From positions 1 through 64,000 of IMG/VR virus record IMGVR_UViG_3300042891_000711: 64,000 bases of DNA. One strand, written 5' to 3'. The notes beneath the pieces were generated by a model. That model did no database searches. It saw only the letters and a program-made list of their open reading frames with translations, and had not been told where the DNA came from. Positions 38,813 to 48,225 of the stretch are shown here, piece by piece (position 1 is the first letter of the stretch; the number at the start of each line of letters is the position of its first letter). A program made the position numbers and the translations under genes.

Positions 38813-39433
38813 ATGTCAACTTTAGTCCCAATGGTAGTAGAACGTACAAGTCAAGGCGAACGTAGCTATGACATTTATTCACGTTTGCTTAAAGATCGTA
38901 TCATCATGTTAGATACAGATGTTAACGAGCATACTGCTAGTTTAATTGTAGCGCAGATGCTGTTCTTAGAAAGCGAAAGCCCAGAGAAAGACATATTGTT
39001 CTATATCAATAGCCCGGGAGGCAGTGTTACAGCAGGTCTAGCTATCTACGATACGATGCAGTTTATTAAATGCGATGTGTCAACTATTGTACTCGGACAA
39101 GCATGTTCAATGGGTAGTTTCCTAGCACAAGCTGGTGCACCAGGCAAGCGTATTGTTCTGCCAGAAGCACGTACAATGATTCACCGTGTTAGTTCGGGTA
39201 CTCCGGGTACACGTGGTTCAGTTCATGTACAAGACCTACAGTTTGAAGATGCTAAACGTAGCTTTGAAGAAAGTGTACGTATTAACAAGCGTTTAACAGA
39301 ACTGTATGCACGCCATAACACTGCTGGTAAAACATATGACGAACTATATGAAGCAATGAAGTTTGATACATTCTTATCAGCAGACGAAGCAGTGGCCTAC
39401 GGTTTAGCTGACGAAGTGATCACTAAACGTTAA
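38813..39433 (+). CDS. clpP: Clp protease proteolytic subunit
   Basis: [39 protein letters not shown]. Confidence 0.95.
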   Translation: MSTLVPMVVERTSQGERSYDIYSRLLKDRIIMLDTDVNEHTASLIVAQMLFLESESPEKDILFYINSPGGSVTAGLAIYDTMQFIKCDVSTIVLGQACSMGSFLAQAGAPGKRIVLPEARTMIHRVSSGTPGTRGSVHVQDLQFEDAKRSFEESVRINKRLTELYARHNTAGKTYDELYEAMKFDTFLSADEAVAYGLADEVITKR

Positions 39434-40749
39434 TGCTTAAAGATACATTTTGCTCCAGTCCCTGGTTCCATATTAGAATAGATCCTGCGGGTAAATACCT
39501 ACCTTGTCGATGGAGTAGTCACCAAGATACTACAGGTTATACTGTGGCTAACATTACTATTTTAGGATTTATGAACAGTGATATCATGCAAGGTATCCGA
39601 GCTAAGATGTTAGATGGCGAGTCTGTGCCTATGTGTAGTTCATGTCATTATGATGAGTCTAACAATAAAGTAAGTGGTCGGCACCGTCAACTACTTAAAA
39701 GTGCAATTAACGTTGATAATTTTGATAAGACATTTTGCAGCAGTCCGCATTGGCCGATGTTTGAAAATACCTTTGCAAATGCTGAGAATGACAATTATCA
39801 ACCGGTTGATTTTCAAATTGATCTGGGTAATACTTGTAATAGTGCGTGTATTATGTGCTCACCGACTTATAGTAGCAAATTGGCTGCAGAATATCCTAAA
39901 CTAATTAATTTTGAGCCCACGTTATTTAAACAGTCGCAATCTTTTAAGAATTGGGCAGATGATCCGGCTTTGGTAGATAAGTTTGTTAATGAATTGTCAG
40001 CTATTCCTGGTATCAAATACATACATTTCTTAGGTGGCGAGACCCTATACTTAAAAAGTTTTTATGATATCTGCAATCGTTTGATAGAATTAGATCTAGC
40101 TAAAAATATTAGTATAGGTACTACTACTAACTGTACTGTTTACTCTGAAGAGCTTGAATATATTATTCGTAATTTTAAACATGTGCATTTGGGACTTAGT
40201 GTAGAAGCTATACATAACGTTAACGATTATATACGTTACCCTAGCAACATTAAGCAAGTGTCTACAAATATTGCTAGATTTTTACAGTTACGCGAATTAT
40301 ATAATATACAATTGAGCTTGCGCATCACTCCAAACATTTTTAGTATCTATTATTTAGATACTATATTCAAATTGATGCTTACTGAACAAGTTATTGCAGA
40401 AAGTTGTTGGATACTACATAATCCAAGTTGTTTACGTATCGAAGTACTACCTAAAGAATTAATAGCAGTATGTTTAGCTAAAATTAACCAAGTTATCCAA
40501 CAGTATCATTTGGTTCAAGATACTCAGACTATTATTAATCGACGTAGGGAAGATTTAATAGATCCTGTTATCAGCCAGATTATTTTCGAATACAAACATC
40601 TATTAGAAAACGTAATAGTACCCAACAACGTAGAAGAAGAACGCTATAACCTAGTCAAATACATTCGAGCATTTGAGCAAGTACACAATAATACAATTTT
40701 GGATTATCTACCCGAATATGAAGAATTTTTACGAAGCTACGGTTACTAA
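39433..40749 (+). CDS. radical SAM protein with N-terminal twitch/SPASM-like domain
   Basis: FCSSPW..PC..CSSC, CNSACIMC, GGE. Confidence 0.88.
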   Translation: MLKDTFCSSPWFHIRIDPAGKYLPCRWSSHQDTTGYTVANITILGFMNSDIMQGIRAKMLDGESVPMCSSCHYDESNNKVSGRHRQLLKSAINVDNFDKTFCSSPHWPMFENTFANAENDNYQPVDFQIDLGNTCNSACIMCSPTYSSKLAAEYPKLINFEPTLFKQSQSFKNWADDPALVDKFVNELSAIPGIKYIHFLGGETLYLKSFYDICNRLIELDLAKNISIGTTTNCTVYSEELEYIIRNFKHVHLGLSVEAIHNVNDYIRYPSNIKQVSTNIARFLQLRELYNIQLSLRITPNIFSIYYLDTIFKLMLTEQVIAESCWILHNPSCLRIEVLPKELIAVCLAKINQVIQQYHLVQDTQTIINRRREDLIDPVISQIIFEYKHLLENVIVPNNVEEERYNLVKYIRAFEQVHNNTILDYLPEYEEFLRSYGY

Positions 40750-41101
40750 ACCTGGATTAAAATTAGATCTAGTAATTGCATTAGATCCTGTAGAACAATG
40801 CGTTTGCGTTTTATTGGTTAACGATGAGGTTATACATGACGGATTGTTGTCTAGCCCCAAAGTGATTACACGCCGGCTACTTATTGATAACCCTATAAAA
40901 ATTAAGGCTATTGTTACACGCCGTCACCCAGAAGCTGTGAATCTTAGTGTTAGTATAGATAACTTGCCAATTATACCGTTGTATCAGCACGTGGCTGTGC
41001 CTGCAACTGACTATATTGATTTCAATGGTGAGTGGACCTTGACTATACCTAAGTTTTATCCATGGTATCATCAGGTTACTGGACAAGGCTGGATAGCCTA
41101 A
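40718..41101 (+). CDS. hypothetical protein
   Basis: ORF overlapping the rSAM end; C-terminal FYPWYHQVTGQGW. Confidence 0.6.
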   Translation: MKNFYEATVTKPGLKLDLVIALDPVEQCVCVLLVNDEVIHDGLLSSPKVITRRLLIDNPIKIKAIVTRRHPEAVNLSVSIDNLPIIPLYQHVAVPATDYIDFNGEWTLTIPKFYPWYHQVTGQGWIA

Positions 41102-41103
41102 TA

Positions 41104-41138
41104 TTTTGGTTGACTTTTTGGTTAGATGATAGTATAAT
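41104..41138 (+). promoter_or_regulatory. early sigma70 promoter (conserved family)
   Basis: TTTTGG-TTGACT-TTTTGGTTAGATGATAG-TATAAT. Confidence 0.85.
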
Positions 41139-41174
41139 GTGTTTGTAAGTTAATTAAACAACAGGAGAATTAAA

Positions 41175-41372
41175 ATGCGATTCGAAGTTAGTTACAAAAC
41201 TCTAGCACGTGGACTTAGTGAAAGTGGTGGTGTTATTCATGGCACTGACGGTCCGAGTAATTATGTTGTAGTAGTAGAAGCAGCAAACCAGAACTATGCA
41301 GAAAATCAAGTACGCAATATGAATGGTGGTGCTGATCGTTGTATCATTCAATATGCACGTCATATTGGTTAA
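41175..41372 (+). CDS. hypothetical early protein
   Basis: AGGAG SD. Confidence 0.7.
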   Translation: MRFEVSYKTLARGLSESGGVIHGTDGPSNYVVVVEAANQNYAENQVRNMNGGADRCIIQYARHIG

Positions 41373-41385
41373 GGAGAAATAAATT

Positions 41386-41583
41386 ATGGCAAGTAAAGAA
41401 GCAAATCGTACTATTGTAACAGGTGTTGATAATTTCACAGTTAACATTATGGACAATGGTTTTACGGTGGAGTACACTGGTAATAACAGTGACAATGATT
41501 GGATCACTTCAAAGACTATTGTCGGTGATGTTGATAAACTATGTGAAATCATTCGTGGAATTGTTGTTATCCCACGTTCTTAG
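41386..41583 (+). CDS. hypothetical protein
   Basis: AAGGAG SD. Confidence 0.7.
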   Translation: MASKEANRTIVTGVDNFTVNIMDNGFTVEYTGNNSDNDWITSKTIVGDVDKLCEIIRGIVVIPRS

Positions 41584-41591
41584 GAGATATT

Positions 41592-41915
41592 ATGTCTTTA
41601 TTTAAAGTAGCAGGTGTTTCAACATTAAATGGTGTTACCAAAGTACGCTTTGCTAATGATTTCGTTAGTCGAGTTAAAATGTTAATTAAGTCAGGTCATA
41701 CTGATATTGAATTAATTGAATTGGCAGAGCCACAGTCTAAATCAGAAGTAGTTAAGTATCTTAAAACCACTGACTTGATGCAAACAGCTCGATATGCAGA
41801 AGCAATTAATCTAGCGGATGAGAAGTATAACCTTAACTATGCAGTTAAATTATCTAAACCCAAAGTAGAGCTAAGTTTGGCTGCTATCAAGGCACGTGCT
41901 GGCATAGTTGCTTAA
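41592..41915 (+). CDS. conserved hypothetical phage protein
   Basis: AGGAG SD; FKVAGVS..NG..KVRFAND. Confidence 0.75.
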   Translation: MSLFKVAGVSTLNGVTKVRFANDFVSRVKMLIKSGHTDIELIELAEPQSKSEVVKYLKTTDLMQTARYAEAINLADEKYNLNYAVKLSKPKVELSLAAIKARAGIVA

Positions 41916-42013
41916 TATAGTATAATTCTGTTACAGAATATTTACACCTTAAAGGTTAAATACTGATAACGGCGCCCTGTTATTTTTCCGACGCCCGATA
42001 GGAGGAATACAGA

Positions 42014-42454
42014 ATGCGTAAAATACTAATGTTGTTAACAGCATCTTTGATTCAAACTGCGACGGCTGCTGATTTACCCAGGGAAATGTACATGCCCAAT
42101 GATGCTGGTGGGTTTGTTGTGTTAACCACACGACCATGTACAGTTGAAAAGATAGCAGAAGAATATCCGTATCGTGCTTATGCTACAGAAAGTTCTGAGT
42201 TGGTCAATCACGAAGGATGCTGGAATAGTCCAGACACTTCTGAAGTGCCTACTCAATTGATGTCAAAGTCAGAAGGAGCAGGTCCAGCACCCACTATACG
42301 TGTTATACCTTTGGTTAATACTTGGTGGGTAGAAGCTGGCAGAATGACATTTATGCAACGAAGTTTTAGTCCGGAAAAGAAGAGATATCGTAGTAATGGT
42401 ACAATTGAAATAACGTTGCCGTCGATTGTAGTAAAACCGCAGGAAGTAAAATGA
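42014..42454 (+). CDS. secreted hypothetical protein
   Basis: signal peptide; AGGAGG SD. Confidence 0.7.
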   Translation: MRKILMLLTASLIQTATAADLPREMYMPNDAGGFVVLTTRPCTVEKIAEEYPYRAYATESSELVNHEGCWNSPDTSEVPTQLMSKSEGAGPAPTIRVIPLVNTWWVEAGRMTFMQRSFSPEKKRYRSNGTIEITLPSIVVKPQEVK

Positions 42455-42582
42455 AAACACGTAAACTAGTAAGAAAAATGTATAGAGCCTGTGTACGACA
42501 CAATGTAACAAAACAAAAGAAATTGTGGTTAAAAATACTTAAAAAGTCTTTAAAACATAAACATACTGAAACTATGCAGTAA
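42451..42582 (+). CDS. 43-aa highly basic peptide (not in ORF track)
   Basis: MKTRKLVRKMYRACVRHNVTKQKKLWLKILKKSLKHKHTETMQ; ATGA overlap, AGGA SD. Confidence 0.55.
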   Translation: MKTRKLVRKMYRACVRHNVTKQKKLWLKILKKSLKHKHTETMQ

Positions 42583-42710
42583 ATAGTTATAGTTACAGTA
42601 GGTATGCTGGCCAGCATATACTGAGGTATGTTAGGTAACACATGATTTTCGGCCTCGATCTTGTATAATTAATAGTATAAGCAGTACTTTTAATCACAGG
42701 AGAAGTTGAA

Positions 42711-42953
42711 ATGTTAGCACGTAGTTTAATATTTGTGGCACTATTAGCAGTGGGTGTAGCACAAGCAGATGAGCAGAGTAATGTTGTTAATCAACAGCAA
42801 CTAGCTAAACGTTCATATGCGGCACCTGTTAAAGAGAAAGAAGTTCTTGAAGGTGCTAGTGTAACAGAAGAAGTAGTAGTTGATAAAAAACATCAGACGT
42901 TGCGTTTACACATGTTAGGAAAACTTCCATACATGGAAAAAGCAACTGATTAA
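42711..42953 (+). CDS. small secreted protein
   Basis: signal peptide ending AQA; AGGAG SD. Confidence 0.75.
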   Translation: MLARSLIFVALLAVGVAQADEQSNVVNQQQLAKRSYAAPVKEKEVLEGASVTEEVVVDKKHQTLRLHMLGKLPYMEKATD

Positions 42954-42960
42954 AGAAATT

Positions 42961-43295
42961 GTTGTAGAAGCTCTAAAGTAATACATGTTGGACGGCGGTT
43001 CGATTCCGCCCAGGTCCACCAAAAGCATATTGTCACTAAGGTCCCGTAAGGATTATGTCTTTGGCAAGATAGTATGCTTCTGATGGGCCTGACCAGGTTT
43101 CGACAGCGTGAGATAGGATAAGAGTCAACACGTGGGGTCACGTAAAATACAAAACTCGTAAATGCAAACGCAAATACAAAAGACGTAGTTAAAGTGTCAA
43201 TGGGTCGTGGCTTCCGCTTCGGTTCACGCACTGAAGCTTTAGCAGCCTAAGAAACTGCTCGTCCGGGGTAGCTATACCTTGTTACCAAAAATAGT
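42961..43295 (+). ncRNA. ssrA: circularly permuted two-piece tmRNA
   Basis: acceptor piece with T-arm GGCGG-TTCGATT-CCGCC and CAGGTCC-A-CCA (ends 43021) precedes the coding piece starting GGGCCTG (43085); G3-U70 pair; tag frame 43164-43250 ending ALAA; outer ends approximate. Confidence 0.93.
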
Positions 43296-43326
43296 AGAAA
43301 GCTCACTTCGGTGGGCTTTCTTTTTG
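43296..43326 (+). terminator. intrinsic terminator after tmRNA
   Basis: AGAAAGCTCAC-TTCG-GTGGGCTTTCT-TTTT. Confidence 0.85.
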
Positions 43327-43386
43327 CTTGACATTTCTATAAAAGAGTGTATAATAGCGTTATAGTTAATTAAGAAGGAAAAGACG

Positions 43387-44535
43387 ATGACAACATACGC
43401 AGATAAAGCAAACAGTTTTTATAATCAGAAAGAGAGTCACTTTATATCCTTGCGCGAACGATTGGTCGAAAGCCTGGGAGATACTTTCGAACCGTTACTA
43501 GATCGAATTGCTGAAGAATTTAAGCGCAGACATACGCAATGGGAACAATTTACTGATTTACAGATTTGTCAAGCAATTATGGTTCCTATGGACAAAATAT
43601 TAATTGACACTACAATGCAACGTAAAGTAAATCTTCAACATATTTTGAATATTTTGCATTATTTTAAAGAAACAATGATCATGGCTATTCAAGTATATGA
43701 AGATCCAACTCGCCCTGGTTATTATATTGCATGGGACGGGCAACACACGGCCCTTGTACTGTATATCTTAGCAACTAAGGTTTTTGGCCAACGTATTGCT
43801 AATTTAATGGTTCCAGTAGTTGTATACAGTATTAAACAAAAAGCAGATATACGTCGTAACTTTATTTTGCTTAATGGTGATGCCAAAGATCCTTTGGATT
43901 TTATTGATATTTTACGTCAGATGATTTGTGGTGTGCGTATCGATGGTAGCGAGGATAAAATTTGGCAAGCTGCCGAACTTAAACAACGCTATTTGGAGAA
44001 AGCTGGATTATTTGCCACCGATGCCAAGTTTGGTGATGAGAATGAATCTGGAGCATTTACTTTGCTTGCAGATACTTTATGTAGTAAAAGTGACAAGACT
44101 CTCAAAGATCCAGAAGTAACTCGAATGTTTGCAGATTATTGGGTATTAATTAACCAAGCTCGACCAGTTGACGCTAAGGAAGCTAGACAGTTATATGAAT
44201 TTTTTGACGCTTGTTTCCGTGAAAATATTACAGTAGATAATGCGTATCTTAAAGAATTTGCGCAGTTTACATTGGATTATTTTGATGCAGATTTTAATTC
44301 AAAAGGTCCGTTTTGGGATAAAGTAAAAATGGCTTATGATAAATGGTATCGTAAGGCTAATCCAGAAGGCGAATTAGATGAACGCACTGGTGAGATTAAG
44401 ATTAAGGGATTCACAAAAGAATGGAAATGTGGAGGGCCGTTCTTACTAGCTCAATTACGTGCGAGTACTAAATTGCAAGTACCTAATTACGATGCAGACA
44501 GTGATTTTGTTCCAGCTAAAAAGGATCTTTGGTAA
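43387..44535 (+). CDS. ParB/DndB-like DGQH-motif protein
   Basis: IDTTMQR...IQVY...YIAWDGQHT...FILLN; own promoter TTGACA-17-TATAAT. Confidence 0.65.
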   Translation: MTTYADKANSFYNQKESHFISLRERLVESLGDTFEPLLDRIAEEFKRRHTQWEQFTDLQICQAIMVPMDKILIDTTMQRKVNLQHILNILHYFKETMIMAIQVYEDPTRPGYYIAWDGQHTALVLYILATKVFGQRIANLMVPVVVYSIKQKADIRRNFILLNGDAKDPLDFIDILRQMICGVRIDGSEDKIWQAAELKQRYLEKAGLFATDAKFGDENESGAFTLLADTLCSKSDKTLKDPEVTRMFADYWVLINQARPVDAKEARQLYEFFDACFRENITVDNAYLKEFAQFTLDYFDADFNSKGPFWDKVKMAYDKWYRKANPEGELDERTGEIKIKGFTKEWKCGGPFLLAQLRASTKLQVPNYDADSDFVPAKKDLW

Positions 44536-45005
44536 TGGCTAAACTACGTACCCCAGACCAAGATAAACATAAGAATTTTAGGTTACTTACTGCGCAGTTG
44601 CGTACTACACCGGTTTGTAAGTTGGAAGATTGTTGCAACCCACTTAGCGACTATGAAGGACCTGGCAGTGATAGTTTATGCCGAGAACATCAACTTGAGC
44701 AAGTCGAGTATGGTGGAATGGGCAAAGCAAGTCGTCCGCATACATTTTACCGTGCTTGGGTATGCACTAAATGTAAGTACGACGCAAGACTCGATCCTGA
44801 GATTTTAGAAATTGAAGATCCATGGGATCAATTGGTAGTTATGCGCGGAGTGATGCATGGTGACCATTTAATTCGTAAGAGTGATGGCGGCAAGGATACT
44901 AAAGAAAACATCAACGCACTTTGCTGTAGATGTCATATGATTAAAACTTATAAAGAGAAAGATTATCTTAAAGGTAATAAAAATAAATCTACAGAAACCC
45001 GTTGA
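44535..45005 (+). CDS. zinc-binding HNH endonuclease
   Basis: CTKC...HGDHLIRKSDGGKDTKENINALCCRCHMIKT; TAATG-coupled to the upstream gene. Confidence 0.85.
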   Translation: MAKLRTPDQDKHKNFRLLTAQLRTTPVCKLEDCCNPLSDYEGPGSDSLCREHQLEQVEYGGMGKASRPHTFYRAWVCTKCKYDARLDPEILEIEDPWDQLVVMRGVMHGDHLIRKSDGGKDTKENINALCCRCHMIKTYKEKDYLKGNKNKSTETR

Positions 45006-45029
45006 CATAAGTAATTATCTGTAATACAC

Positions 45030-45093
45030 TATGTATTTCGTGCCTGACTTAGGGCGTGTACATAATTTTATTTGCTTAATAAAGGAGTAATAA

Positions 45094-45096
<3 letters not shown>
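45030..45096 (+). promoter_or_regulatory. ROSE-like RNA thermometer in the groES 5' UTR
   Basis: hairpin with TGCCT...AGGGC core, then TTATTTGCTT-AATA-AAGGAGTAA pairing UUGCU with the SD. Confidence 0.7.
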
Positions 45097-47002
<1,906 letters not shown>

Positions 47003-47026
47003 TAACTTAATAAGTTAGTTGTTTAT

Positions 47027-47055
47027 AAAATAGCACCTTCGGGTGCTATTTTTTT
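47027..47055 (+). terminator. intrinsic terminator
   Basis: AAAATAGCACC-TTCG-GGTGCTATTTT. Confidence 0.85.
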
Positions 47056-47107
47056 GGTTGTGCTATAAATACTACAGTAAATTCATTTAATGGGGAATAT
47101 AGGAACC

Positions 47108-48142
47108 ATGGCAAATAGTAACTTTGTAGTACACAATGGCTTAACAGTTGGGCCACTAACAATTAACGCAACAACAGGTGATATATCAACATCGGGTAAT
47201 GTGACATTAACTGGTAGTGGAGCAGTTACAGGCCCCGCAGCAGCTGGTACATTAACCGGAGCAACTTTAGCAAGTGGTGTTACTGCCAGTAGTTTAACTT
47301 CAGTTGGCACATTAACAAGTTTGGCAGTAGGTGCAATCACAACAACCGGGACATTAGCTGGCCCAGCAACATTTACAATCGATCCAGCAGCAGTTGGTGA
47401 CAATACTGGTACTGTGGTAATTAAAGGTAACTTACAAGTTGACGGCACAACAGTAACAGTAAATTCAGCTACAATGTCCGTAACTGATTTAAACATTACA
47501 GTAGCTAAAGATGCGGCAAATGCCGCTGCGGCTGATGGCGCTGGGTTAACAGTTGCTGGCGCAAGTGCTACAATGCTTTACACAAGCTCAACTGATACAT
47601 TTAACTTTAACAAAGGTTTAGTTAGTACGTCGGCTGTATTAAGCGGTGCTATTACTATAAACAGTGGTAACGGTGTTACGGCAATAATCAACGGCGGCAC
47701 TAACGGCGTAGGTAATATTGGTTCATCAACTACAGGATTTAACACAGTATTTGCTAAGTCAACATCAGCACAATACGCTGACGTTGCAGAAAATTATGCA
47801 GGTGATGCAGCAATTGAGCCAGGTACAGTGGTACACTTTGGTGGTGAGCAAGAAGTTAGTGTGTGTGATGCAGACATGTGTTCAGCAGTAGCAGGTGTAG
47901 TTTCAACTAACCCAGCTTACTTAATGAATTCAGAAATTACAGCAGAATATGTAGTTGCAGTAGCGTTTACTGGTCGTGTGCCATGTAAAGTTACTGGTAC
48001 AGTACGTAAAGGTGATTTAATGGTATCTGCTGGTAACGGTCGTGCAAGAGCAGAAGCTAATCCAAGTGTTGGATCAGTAATTGGTAAAGCATTACAAGCA
48101 TCAGATGGTGATGCAGTAATTGAAGTAGTTGTTGGAAGATAA
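47108..48142 (+). CDS. tail fibre/spike-like protein with C-terminal intramolecular-chaperone-like domain
   Basis: Thr/Gly-rich LTSVGTLTSL repeats; STSAQYADVAE...GVVSTNPAYLMN...GRVPCKV; late promoter at 47064. Confidence 0.75.
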   Translation: MANSNFVVHNGLTVGPLTINATTGDISTSGNVTLTGSGAVTGPAAAGTLTGATLASGVTASSLTSVGTLTSLAVGAITTTGTLAGPATFTIDPAAVGDNTGTVVIKGNLQVDGTTVTVNSATMSVTDLNITVAKDAANAAAADGAGLTVAGASATMLYTSSTDTFNFNKGLVSTSAVLSGAITINSGNGVTAIINGGTNGVGNIGSSTTGFNTVFAKSTSAQYADVAENYAGDAAIEPGTVVHFGGEQEVSVCDADMCSAVAGVVSTNPAYLMNSEITAEYVVAVAFTGRVPCKVTGTVRKGDLMVSAGNGRARAEANPSVGSVIGKALQASDGDAVIEVVVGR

Positions 48143-48167
48143 TTAAACTACAATAGCACAACAATGT

Positions 48168-48192
48168 GAATAGGACCTTCGGGTCCTATTTT
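48168..48192 (+). terminator. intrinsic terminator
   Basis: AAATAGGACC-TTCG-GGTCCTATTT. Confidence 0.85.
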
Positions 48193-48225
48193 CGTATAAA
48201 TACATAGAATAATACGAGAATCCAC

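Noticed and set aside
42989-43021. Stand-alone tRNA or attachment-site tRNA fragment
   Set aside because: There is no anticodon arm upstream; its acceptor partner GGGCCTG lies downstream and is followed by a tag frame, so it is a permuted tmRNA.
42950-43231. 93-aa minus-strand ORF
   Set aside because: It is the antisense of the tmRNA; WWTWAESNRRP is the typical reverse translation of a T-arm/CCA end.
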